From an uncultured Spirochaetaceae bacterium (GTDB taxonomy: Bacteria; Spirochaetota; Spirochaetia; DSM-27196; PWMO01): DNA of 49,854 nucleotides. The notes under the pieces were generated by a model that was not told where the DNA came from, did not search any database, and worked only from the letters and a program-made list of their open reading frames with translations. A program made the position numbers and the translations under genes. Below, piece by piece: positions 30,832-38,293 of this stretch. The stretch is taken from positions 1 through 49,854 of the forward strand of contig CAYPUT010000002.1 in the NCBI GenBank assembly GCA_964413945.1. Reading direction: 5' to 3'. How positions within the stretch are numbered: position 1 is the stretch's first letter; each line of letters begins with the position of its first letter.

Positions 30832-31439
30832 TACTCACTCTCTCCCCGGATAAGGGAAGCCACTCGAGGATTGAGGTAGGCGCTCAGGGCTTCCGCGATA
30901 CCTTCGGCGGAGAAGTCGTAGTACGCCTGCCCCTCTTTCTCCGAAAGACGGAAACCGTTGTCGAGGCCGCCGGCAAGGCCGATTTCGACCCCCTCGCCGA
31001 TCGCCTGACCGAGGCGCCCCCGCAGGCTCGATTCGACCCGGTCCAGATCGTCCTTCGACAATAGCACTTCGAGGTCCTGAGCCTCCGACTTCGGGAACGC
31101 CGAGACGATACCAACGATGGCATCCTGGAGCACCTTTTCGTCGTAGGTAGAGGAGACGGTCTCCCGGACGATCCGCTCGAAGATCCCACCGATTTGCGAT
31201 TCGAGAGAGAGGACCAAGTCGCGCCCCGCCTGGCGGATAGCGTCCTTGGCCGTCGCCTCGAGGCGGGCGGCTTCGGTCTTGGCCTTCTCCACGATGGTTT
31301 TACCCTGGGTTTCGGCATCGGCGACGACCCGAGCAGCTTCCTTCCGGGCATCCTCTATGATGCGCTCGGATTCCTGCTTGGCCGTTTCGATGCCCTCTTT
31401 CTTAATCGACTCTAAGAGTTCCTGTAATTGGGCGTCCAT
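30831..31439 (-). CDS. ntpE: V-type ATPase subunit E (peripheral stalk)
   Basis: 202-aa ORF. It has a long charged N-terminal helix (ELLESIKKEGIETAKQESERIIEDARKEAARVVADAE...) and a globular C-terminus. It is the first gene of the operon. Confidence 0.85.
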   Translation of the reverse strand: MDAQLQELLESIKKEGIETAKQESERIIEDARKEAARVVADAETQGKTIVEKAKTEAARLEATAKDAIRQAGRDLVLSLESQIGGIFERIVRETVSSTYDEKVLQDAIVGIVSAFPKSEAQDLEVLLSKDDLDRVESSLRGRLGQAIGEGVEIGLAGGLDNGFRLSEKEGQAYYDFSAEGIAEALSAYLNPRVASLIRGESE

Positions 31440-31488
31440 AGATACCTATTCCTTTCAAAGCATCATCTATCTACAAAATGTTAAGGGC

Positions 31489-31517
31489 AGTGTAGCCCAT
31501 AGATTTCGACAGTTCAA
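31489..31517 (-). promoter_or_regulatory. Candidate sigma70-type promoter of the V-ATPase operon
   Basis: The minus strand reads TTGAAC-N17-TACACT (plus-strand gttcaa at 31512-31517, agtgta at 31489-31494), in a 145-nt AT-richer gap. An AAGGA lies about 11 nt before the ntpE ATG. Confidence 0.45.
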
Positions 31518-31584
31518 GACTCGCAGAGCGATTTCGTCCCAAAAAGGACCATTTAGGGCGACCGATCGGCCCTCGGTTCGCTCC

Positions 31585-31983
31585 TTAAACCCGCCCGAGA
31601 CTCAAGTCGCCGTGAATCTTGAAGACCTGCCGGTCTCGAGATACGGCAAGATCCCGGTTGGGAAAGTAGCGCGGGAGAAGGTCCCGGACCTTTTCGACGG
31701 CGGCGTCGATAACCTCTTCTCGTTCCGCCTGCGGAACCCATTCGAGGGTCACCATCCGGACGTCGATAACGTAGCCCCTCCCGAATCGACTTCCGTACCC
31801 CGCGGAAAAGGAGGCCCCAACGTCGAAGAGACCGTCTTGGGCGTAGTGCGATGTCGTACCCCGGAAGGCTCGCGCCGGGTGCAGGGAGTGCCGATCCCCG
31901 AACCGATCCTCTAGGAAGGCGTCAACCTCTCCAAAAAGATGCCGGAGGGTCAGCTCGATCTTCCGCGACGCGTGGTGCTGCAC
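31585..31983 (-). CDS. Hypothetical cytoplasmic protein (132 aa)
   Basis: The codon usage looks genuine (gag/gac/ctc/cgg-rich, GC3-biased). It starts 1 nt after the stop of the upstream lipoprotein gene. I recognised no family motif. Confidence 0.55.
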   Translation of the reverse strand: MQHHASRKIELTLRHLFGEVDAFLEDRFGDRHSLHPARAFRGTTSHYAQDGLFDVGASFSAGYGSRFGRGYVIDVRMVTLEWVPQAEREEVIDAAVEKVRDLLPRYFPNRDLAVSRDRQVFKIHGDLSLGRV

Positions 31984-31984
31984 A

Positions 31985-32596
31985 CTACCAAGCTACCTCC
32001 CACACCACCGGACCGCCTACTTCCATCAACTCGATAAGACGAATATCTACGACGGCTTCGCGGCCGTTCTCGGAGATTTCGCCGAGGTTCACCGAACGAA
32101 TCTGCCCCGGAAGGGCCACCCGGTGGACAAACCGGACTTCGTTCCAGAACTCCTCGACCATATCCGTGTCCACCGGTCCTTCGAATCCGGAGAAGAGCGG
32201 AAGCCGCAGAACCGACCCCCGATCGCCGGAGGCCAGGGTCTCCAGAGGTACGTTCAAGAGTCCGGCAAGACCTTCGAGGGTCTCGAACTTTAGGTCTACG
32301 TCGATCGTGACGACTCCGTCCCGCCGGGAGCTGTCGTAGTCGGCCAGGCGCACCCCTTCGGCGGCAATCGCCGAGAGCTCGAAGTCCCTCCGACTCAAAG
32401 GAAGAACCCGGTGAGTACTCTCCTCGTCGAAGACTCCGTAGTCGTAGAGCTGTTCGGAGACGCTGTAGACCAGGCTGAGCCGCCCGGAGCCGTCGTCGTT
32501 CAAACGAACCGTCGACTCCAGCGTGAGGCAGCCGGACAGGAGCAGGACGGCGAAGAGAACGAACGCCAAACGGCACGGCACTTTCGGGGAAACCAC
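31985..32596 (-). CDS. Putative lipoprotein of unknown function
   Basis: 203-aa ORF with a GTG start and an in-frame TAA 4 codons upstream. The signal peptide carries a lipobox, FAVLLLSGC. The mature part is beta-rich. Confidence 0.65.
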   Translation of the reverse strand: MVSPKVPCRLAFVLFAVLLLSGCLTLESTVRLNDDGSGRLSLVYSVSEQLYDYGVFDEESTHRVLPLSRRDFELSAIAAEGVRLADYDSSRRDGVVTIDVDLKFETLEGLAGLLNVPLETLASGDRGSVLRLPLFSGFEGPVDTDMVEEFWNEVRFVHRVALPGQIRSVNLGEISENGREAVVDIRLIELMEVGGPVVWEVAW

Positions 32597-32643
32597 GCCG
32601 CTACCTTAGCCTGTCGGTCGCCTCCTTTTCAAGCCGCGGCCGG

Positions 32644-34983
32644 CTATTGGAGAGCGTTCAGGTGAACCACCGTCTTCCCGTGGCCCCCCTGGTCCGGAGG
32701 GGCGTACTCGAAATCGAGAATATCCTGGTGCTCTCTCAGGAGGCGGCGCACCCCCTCCTGAAGCACCCCGTTTCCCTTTCCGTGGACGATGGAAAAGGAA
32801 GGGGTTCCGCTTACCAAGGCGGCGTCGAGTTGCTGCCGCACCTTCTTGAGGGCTTCGTCGAGTCGCTCGCCCCGAAGGTCTATCTGAAAAGGAACCGCCG
32901 TCCGGGGCGCCTCCACGTGGACCCGGCCCGTCGCCGGGAGGGCGTTCCCCGTCGGTTCGGGGATCAGCTCGGACTCCTCTACCACGAACCGCAAGGAGCT
33001 TGTCTGGACGTACCAGCTTTTACTCCCGGCGCGCTCCTTGAGAACTCCCCGGACGCCTGAGGACTTCATTCTGACGGCGTCCCCGGGGGAAAAGACGTAC
33101 TCCGTATCTCTTTCCGCTTTCCGTGACGCGAGTCGTTCCTTCCGTTCCTTGAGTACCCCGGCGACTTCTTCCACGACGCCCCGGGCCTCGGCGACCGGGT
33201 GGCTTCGTCTGCTCTCCGATACTTCCCGGACCGTCCGTTCGATTTTTCTCCGGGCTTCGGACAGAAAGCCTTCGAGGGCCTGCCTCTCCCTCTGGAGAAG
33301 CTCCTGCTCCCGGCCGCTCAACCGCTCCGCTTCCTCCGAGAGACGCTCCCCTTCCCGTCGAAGGGCCTGCTGCTCCTTCCGAAGCTCTTCCTCGAGCTCC
33401 TCGACCGCCGCCTTTTGGGCGGCAAGGGCTTTGATGAGTCTCGTACCTTCGGTCTGCCCCTCCCGGACGTACGCGGCCGCGTTCTCGGTAACGTCCCGCG
33501 GGACTCCGGTTCGCCCGGCAATACGGATCCCGTGACTCTCTCCCGGAATCCCGATCCGCAGCCGGTAGGTCGGCACAAGGCGCGCTTCGTCGAAGTCGAC
33601 GCTTGCGTTGACGCACCCCTCCTCCCGGTAGGCGTAGTGTTTAAGCGCCGTGTGGTGGCTCGAGACCAGAACCCAGGAACCCGCGGTTCGGAGACGGTCG
33701 AGAATCGCCATGGCAAGGGCCGACCCCTCTTCCGGGTCGGTCCCCGCTCCGAGCTCGTCGAGAAGCACCAAGGTTTCGCTTCCGGCACCGTTTAGAATCG
33801 AGGCGATGTTCGTCATGTGTCCGGAAAAGGTAGAGAGGGACTGAGAGATGGATTGCTCGTCGCCGATGTCGGCAAAGATACCGTCGAAGACGGGCAACAC
33901 CGATTTCGGGTCCACGGGAATCGGAATTCCGAACTGGCTCATCAAGGCGAGAAGCCCCACGGTCTTGAGGGCGACGGTCTTTCCGCCGGTGTTGGGACCC
34001 GTAATAATGAGGAGGCGCTTGCCGTCCTCGAAGTAGACATCGATGGGAACCGCACCCGAACCGAGCAGCGGGTGCCGGGCGCCCCGGAGCTCTATCCGCG
34101 GACCGAGGTCCGGAAAGAGCGTGTCGTGTATCCGGGCGTAGCGTCCCCGGGCCTGAAGGGCGTCTATCTGACCGAGTAGCGCAAAAACCTGCCGGAGCTC
34201 GGGAATATCCCGCCGTACCCGGTCGCTCAGCTCCCGGAGCACCCGCTGTACCTCCGCGGCTATCTGGTCGAGGGTCCGCCGTACCACGTTGTTGATCTCC
34301 ACGAGGTCGAAGGGCTCGATATAGACCGTCTGCCCGGTGCCCGACTGCTCGTGGACAATCCCCTTTATCGCCCCCTGATGGTTAGCCGACAGGGGAAGCA
34401 CGATCCTCCCGTCTCGGATAACCGGTTGGTCCGAAGTCCAGATCTGCCGTCGCGCCGGGTCTTGGATAAGCCGCTGGGCCTCTTTCTGCAGCGTCTTTCT
34501 ACTCCGGATGAGGGTCTGACGGAGTTGCTTGAGTGCCGGCACCGCCGAATCCTTGACCTCCCCATCGTTGTCGAGGACTGCGCCGATCGCCTTGGTGGTA
34601 TCGGTAAGGTCCGGAGCTCCATCGACGAGGGCGGCGAGCTCGGGCACCTCCTCGGCACCCCGAATTGCGGAGAAGGCCCGGCGGGCCGTCGTCGCCAGCC
34701 GGCGGATCCCCGTCAGCTCGTGCCCTTCGAGGACGGTTCCCTCCCGGCTCAAGCGGCCGAGGAGCTCCTCCGGGTCCAAGAGGGGCGCGTCCGAGAAGGG
34801 GTCCGTCCCCTCTTCTAAGGAGCGCCATTCGGTGACCTGCCGGTGTAGGAGCGCCACGCCTTCGATCGTGTCCCGGGGACGGTCTGAGGCGAGACGATGA
34901 ACCCCCGAAACCGTGGCACAATACTCGAGAACCTCGTCGACGATCCGGGAGAACTCGAGGAGATCGAAGGTGTGCTGGTTCAT
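32644..34983 (-). CDS. mutS2: Endonuclease MutS2 (MutS domain + C-terminal Smr domain)
   Basis: The track shows a 1196-aa ORF to 36234, but the real start is the ATG at 34983 (MNQHTFDLLEFSRIVDEV...), which overlaps the rsgA TGA by 1 nt (779 aa). It has Walker A GPNTGGKTV, DELGAGTDP, and the Smr tail IDLRGERLDEAL...VHGKGNGVL. Confidence 0.9.
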   Translation of the reverse strand: MNQHTFDLLEFSRIVDEVLEYCATVSGVHRLASDRPRDTIEGVALLHRQVTEWRSLEEGTDPFSDAPLLDPEELLGRLSREGTVLEGHELTGIRRLATTARRAFSAIRGAEEVPELAALVDGAPDLTDTTKAIGAVLDNDGEVKDSAVPALKQLRQTLIRSRKTLQKEAQRLIQDPARRQIWTSDQPVIRDGRIVLPLSANHQGAIKGIVHEQSGTGQTVYIEPFDLVEINNVVRRTLDQIAAEVQRVLRELSDRVRRDIPELRQVFALLGQIDALQARGRYARIHDTLFPDLGPRIELRGARHPLLGSGAVPIDVYFEDGKRLLIITGPNTGGKTVALKTVGLLALMSQFGIPIPVDPKSVLPVFDGIFADIGDEQSISQSLSTFSGHMTNIASILNGAGSETLVLLDELGAGTDPEEGSALAMAILDRLRTAGSWVLVSSHHTALKHYAYREEGCVNASVDFDEARLVPTYRLRIGIPGESHGIRIAGRTGVPRDVTENAAAYVREGQTEGTRLIKALAAQKAAVEELEEELRKEQQALRREGERLSEEAERLSGREQELLQRERQALEGFLSEARRKIERTVREVSESRRSHPVAEARGVVEEVAGVLKERKERLASRKAERDTEYVFSPGDAVRMKSSGVRGVLKERAGSKSWYVQTSSLRFVVEESELIPEPTGNALPATGRVHVEAPRTAVPFQIDLRGERLDEALKKVRQQLDAALVSGTPSFSIVHGKGNGVLQEGVRRLLREHQDILDFEYAPPDQGGHGKTVVHLNALQ

Positions 34984-35924
34984 CACGGTTCCTCCCGGGA
35001 GGCCGTCGCCTCCCGGTCTTCGACGGCAAAACGGTAGCTCTGGTAGCGGTCTACGTTGATCGCTCCCTCCTTTACCGCTTGGAGCACCGCGCAATCGGGC
35101 TCGTGGAGGTGGGTACAGTCCGGATAGCCACACTCCGTGGCGAACCGGCGGATTTCTCGGTAGCCGTGGGAGATCTCGAGTATCGAGAGGGGATAGAGGT
35201 CGAGCTCCCGAATACCCGGCGTGTCGACGATACCCCCTTCGGCGACGGGCTGCAGAATCGCGAAGTTGGTCGTGTGGCGCCCCCGGCGGTACTTCACCGA
35301 TACATCTCCCACCCGCTGGTTGGCGTCCGGAAGGAGACGATTCAGGAGGCTGCTCTTTCCGACACCCGAGTGGCCGAGAAACTGAAGCGTCTCCCGGTGG
35401 GCCATCTCGAAGAGCGCCTCGACTCCGGAGCCTTCCTTGGCCGAGGTCAAGACAACCTGATATCCGAGGGAACGGTAGTCGGCAATCCTGTCTTCCGCCC
35501 CGGGGTCGAGGCCCAGGTCGACTTTGTTGACGACGATCGTCGCGTCGATCGCCTCGTGCTCGCAGAGGGCCAGAGCCCGGTCGACGAACCGGGGCCGGAA
35601 GGGCGGTGTCCCGGTGCAGGAGATGACCACCACGCGGTCGAGGTTCGTCCCGAGCACCTGGAGCCGGTGCCGTTTCCGGTTCCACCGGGAGAGGGAATTG
35701 CGCCGGGGACGTCTCGCGACGATCATCCCCTCGCTGCCGGATTCCTGTGCTACTTCGACGATGTCTCCCGGTGCTAAGGGGTTGTACTCCCCCTCGACGC
35801 CCTGAAGAATCTTTCCCTTTATCCGGCACCGGAGCACTTCCGGCTGGTCTTCGGAGCCCCCGAGGATCGAGACCGCGTAGATATTGTTTATGCCGAAGAG
35901 GATCCGGCCTTCCCGGTTGCTCAT
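34983..35924 (-). CDS. rsgA: Ribosome small-subunit-dependent GTPase A
   Basis: 313-aa ORF with an N-terminal OB fold. The GTPase motifs are circularly permuted (VVNKVDL ... GHSGVGKSSLLN ... DTPG). The C-terminal zinc cluster is CGYPDCTHLHEPDC. Confidence 0.9.
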   Translation of the reverse strand: MSNREGRILFGINNIYAVSILGGSEDQPEVLRCRIKGKILQGVEGEYNPLAPGDIVEVAQESGSEGMIVARRPRRNSLSRWNRKRHRLQVLGTNLDRVVVISCTGTPPFRPRFVDRALALCEHEAIDATIVVNKVDLGLDPGAEDRIADYRSLGYQVVLTSAKEGSGVEALFEMAHRETLQFLGHSGVGKSSLLNRLLPDANQRVGDVSVKYRRGRHTTNFAILQPVAEGGIVDTPGIRELDLYPLSILEISHGYREIRRFATECGYPDCTHLHEPDCAVLQAVKEGAINVDRYQSYRFAVEDREATASREEP

Positions 35925-36724
35925 AAGCCCGTTTGAAGCCGCAAAGAGAACCGTTCGGCCAGATCGCCGTACCCTCCGGGAAGAGTGTCGTCCCCGGTAA
36001 CGATAAGTAGGTCGGGTTGCTCTCCATCGATCCCGGGGCCGAGGGCGGGAGCCGGCTTATCGCAGACTCTCCCGATCTGCCTCGCAACTCCCTCGACGGA
36101 ATCGACGATCCGCACCCTTCCCTCGACAAGGCGCTCCATGTAGGGCCTGAGAAACACGAAATGCGTGCACCCAAGGACCACGGCGTCGGTTCGGTCGAGA
36201 TCAACCGAAGACAGGGCCTCGGCGGCGGCTTCAAGGCGTTCTTGGTCGGGGGCTTCCCCCCATCGCTTTTCGACGAAGTCTACCGTGGGGCCCCTCTCGA
36301 CGCCGACGACTTCCCGGTTTGCGGCGAAGCGCTCGACGAGGTCCGCGACATACCGTTCTCGAACGGTCCTCGATGTCGCGAGAACCACGATGCCCCGGCC
36401 GTCGGTGTGCTCCGCGGCCGGCTTGATAGCCGGAACGACCCCCACGAAGGGCACCGAGAAGCGTCGGCGGAGCTCCTCGAGGGCCACGACCGTGGCGGTA
36501 TTGCAGGCGAGAACCACGCAGGATGGGTCGAAGAGACCGATGAGGCGGCCGACCCGTTCGACGAGATGGTTTCGAAGGTCGTGCGGATCCTTGGTCCCAA
36601 AGGGGTAGAATTCCCGGTCCGCAAGGTAGACGAGACGATGGCCCTTGAGGTAAACCCTGGCAGCCTCGAGATAGGGAAGCCCGCCGATACCCGAGTCGAG
36701 AAAGCAGACGGTAGCGTTAGACAT
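35921..36724 (-). CDS. murI: Glutamate racemase
   Basis: The track ORF starts at 36835. The ATG at 36724 gives MSNATVCFLDSGIGGLPY, the conserved MurI N-terminus. The catalytic Cys contexts VLACNTA and VLGCTHF are present. Confidence 0.88.
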   Translation of the reverse strand: MSNATVCFLDSGIGGLPYLEAARVYLKGHRLVYLADREFYPFGTKDPHDLRNHLVERVGRLIGLFDPSCVVLACNTATVVALEELRRRFSVPFVGVVPAIKPAAEHTDGRGIVVLATSRTVRERYVADLVERFAANREVVGVERGPTVDFVEKRWGEAPDQERLEAAAEALSSVDLDRTDAVVLGCTHFVFLRPYMERLVEGRVRIVDSVEGVARQIGRVCDKPAPALGPGIDGEQPDLLIVTGDDTLPGGYGDLAERFSLRLQTGL

Positions 36725-37040
36725 CTCCCGCGGACTCGCCCCCACCGAAAAGCGAGTCGAAGCTCTTTCGGGCCTCTTGTCCTTTCTCGCCTTTTCGTGC
36801 TCTGCCCGAAGGAGCGCCGGAGCCTTCCGTCGCAAGGACGAAATAGTCGCAGAAATTGGCCCGGTCCTTATCGCGGACAGCTTCCGGAATAGTCTCCCGG
36901 CAGTGCCAGTGAGCCGATGGGTCGTAGAACCGGCAGTTCAAACAGACCTTTACGTCGGCGCCGCAGTGAGGGCAGAGTGTGTTCCGGTAGACCCGGCCAA
37001 CCTCGTCGAGAGCTCCGCCGCAGCTGAAGCAGTAAGCCAT
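36717..37040 (-). CDS. Cys-rich zinc-ribbon protein of unknown function
   Basis: 107-aa ORF. The sequence MAYCFSCGGAL...CPHCGADVKVCLNCRFYD...HWHC...FCDYF contains three CxxC pairs plus additional Cys/His. The tail is low-complexity and basic/Gly-rich. It shares an 8-nt overlap with murI. Confidence 0.6.
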   Translation of the reverse strand: MAYCFSCGGALDEVGRVYRNTLCPHCGADVKVCLNCRFYDPSAHWHCRETIPEAVRDKDRANFCDYFVLATEGSGAPSGRARKGEKGQEARKSFDSLFGGGESAGDV

Positions 37041-37121
37041 GCTTTGATACTATTCGCCCGGCTTGGTTGGCGCAAGCGTCCGGCCCCTTGTGACGGCTTC
37101 GCCAAGCCGTTAGGCTGAAGC

Positions 37122-37721
37122 GTGTTTTCCCTCGTTCTCTGCGGACACCCGGAATGCGCCCGACCCCGGGTTCTCGACCACGACTACTGTTTTCTCCATG
37201 CTCCGAACCGGGAAGCTCTCTTGGAGGAGGTCGGCGACCTCCTAACCCGCAGCGACTATCATCTCGACCTCAACCTCCCGTTCGTCCCCCTCTCGGGGCT
37301 TTCGCTTCAGAACAAGCAGTTTGTAGCCTGCAATTTTAGCCACACCGTCCTTACCGACTGCGACTTCTCGAACAGTCTCCTGAGCCTCTGCTTCTTCGAT
37401 CACGCCGAGCTTTCTTCCGTACGGTTTCGGGACGCGGACTTGCGGAACTGCGTGTTTGCCGCGTCTCACTTTCGAGACACCAGTTTCCGCAGCGCCGGGG
37501 TTATCCAGTGCAACTTCAACGGCGGCGATTTTCGCGACGTCGATTTCTACGACGCGGATCTCCTCCACAGCCGTTTCGTCGCCTGCCACTTCAACCGGAT
37601 CTGTTTCGAAAACTGCAACGTAAAGCAGGTCTTCTTCTTCGGAAGCACCCGGCAGGAGGTTTCCTTTAAGTATTCGAATGTAGAGGAAGCGCACTTCGAG
37701 CTTCCGGGAAGCACCCGGTGA
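37122..37721 (+). CDS. Pentapeptide-repeat protein with an N-terminal Cys/His cluster
   Basis: 199-aa ORF with a GTG start. Tandem A(D/N)LxF-type repeats span about residues 60-190 (ACNFSHTVLTDCDFSNSLLSLCFFDHAELSSVRFRDADLRNCVFAASHFRDTSF...). The N-terminus carries CGHPEC-x11-CFLH. Confidence 0.8.
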   Translation: MFSLVLCGHPECARPRVLDHDYCFLHAPNREALLEEVGDLLTRSDYHLDLNLPFVPLSGLSLQNKQFVACNFSHTVLTDCDFSNSLLSLCFFDHAELSSVRFRDADLRNCVFAASHFRDTSFRSAGVIQCNFNGGDFRDVDFYDADLLHSRFVACHFNRICFENCNVKQVFFFGSTRQEVSFKYSNVEEAHFELPGSTR

Positions 37722-38293
37722 AGGTCTTTACCCACTACTCGGTCGATAACCTCGCAAACACCTTTCTCGTGGCGCCGGACGGACCCGGCGCCGCGATCGT
37801 CGTGGACCCCGGGGTCCTCGATGTCCCGCTTCTGAAGCTGATCGAAGACCGGGGATACTACATCCGCCATATTCTGGTCACCCATCCGGAGGAGATACAG
37901 CTCCGTGGCATTCGCACGATCATGCGGGTCTACGACGCCACCATACACGCGGCGACCCCCCGGGTACTCTCCTTCCCGGCCAACCGCGTAAACGACGGAG
38001 ACACCCTGGATTTGGACGGCTTCGAGGTGCAGGTAGTATCGGTTCCCTCCTACCTTCGAGAAGCGGTCGTCTATCGTATACGCCATGTGCTGTTCCCCGG
38101 GAGGGTCTTGAGCGCCGGGGTTATCGGCGAAGTGGCGAATCCCTACGTCCGGTCGCTCCTGGTCGGTCTGGTTCGGCGCAAGCTTCTCGTCCTCCCCCCG
38201 GAGACGTTGGTCTTTCCTTTTCTCGGGCCCCCGACGACTATCGGCATAGAGTCCGAAACAAACCCGGACCTTACCCGCCCGATCGTGCGGTAG
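37718..38293 (+). CDS. Metallo-beta-lactamase-fold protein lacking all metal ligands (probable pseudo-enzyme)
   Basis: 191-aa ORF whose GTG overlaps the TGA of the pentapeptide gene (GTGA). It is collinear with small GloB/YcbL-type MBL hydrolases (AIVVDPG, ILVTH, NDGDTLDLDG, GPPTTIGIESETNP). However, THxHxDH is THPEEIQ here, and the later His/Asp ligand positions read VPSY, PGR and PFLG. Confidence 0.7.
   Translation: MKVFTHYSVDNLANTFLVAPDGPGAAIVVDPGVLDVPLLKLIEDRGYYIRHILVTHPEEIQLRGIRTIMRVYDATIHAATPRVLSFPANRVNDGDTLDLDGFEVQVVSVPSYLREAVVYRIRHVLFPGRVLSAGVIGEVANPYVRSLLVGLVRRKLLVLPPETLVFPFLGPPTTIGIESETNPDLTRPIVR

Noticed and set aside
31540-31584. Short hairpins (GTCCC-AAAAA-GGAC, and CCGATCGG within GGGCGACCGATCGGCCC) just downstream of the 132-aa gene. 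They could be a terminator ahead of the V-ATPase promoter.
   Set aside because: The stems are only 4 bp, or are self-palindromes without a following T-tract on the minus strand. They are not convincing.
34984-36234. The N-terminal roughly 417 aa of the 1196-aa track ORF 32644-36234, which would make a giant MutS2 fusion.
   Set aside because: This part is an Arg/Pro/Gly-rich alternative frame over rsgA and the end of murI, both of which have clear motifs in their own frames. The conserved MutS2 N-terminus starts at the ATG at 34983, which overlaps the rsgA stop.
37059-37110. An 8-bp inverted repeat, CGGCTTGG ... CCAAGCCG, separated by 36 nt. It lies in the 81-nt divergent region between the zinc-ribbon gene and the pentapeptide gene. 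A TTGGCGCAAGCG stretch there superficially resembles a sigma54 -24 element.
   Set aside because: In GC-rich DNA, an 8-bp repeat with a bulged continuation is weak evidence. There is no TTGC -12 element at the right spacing for sigma54. I could not define a convincing operator or structured RNA.
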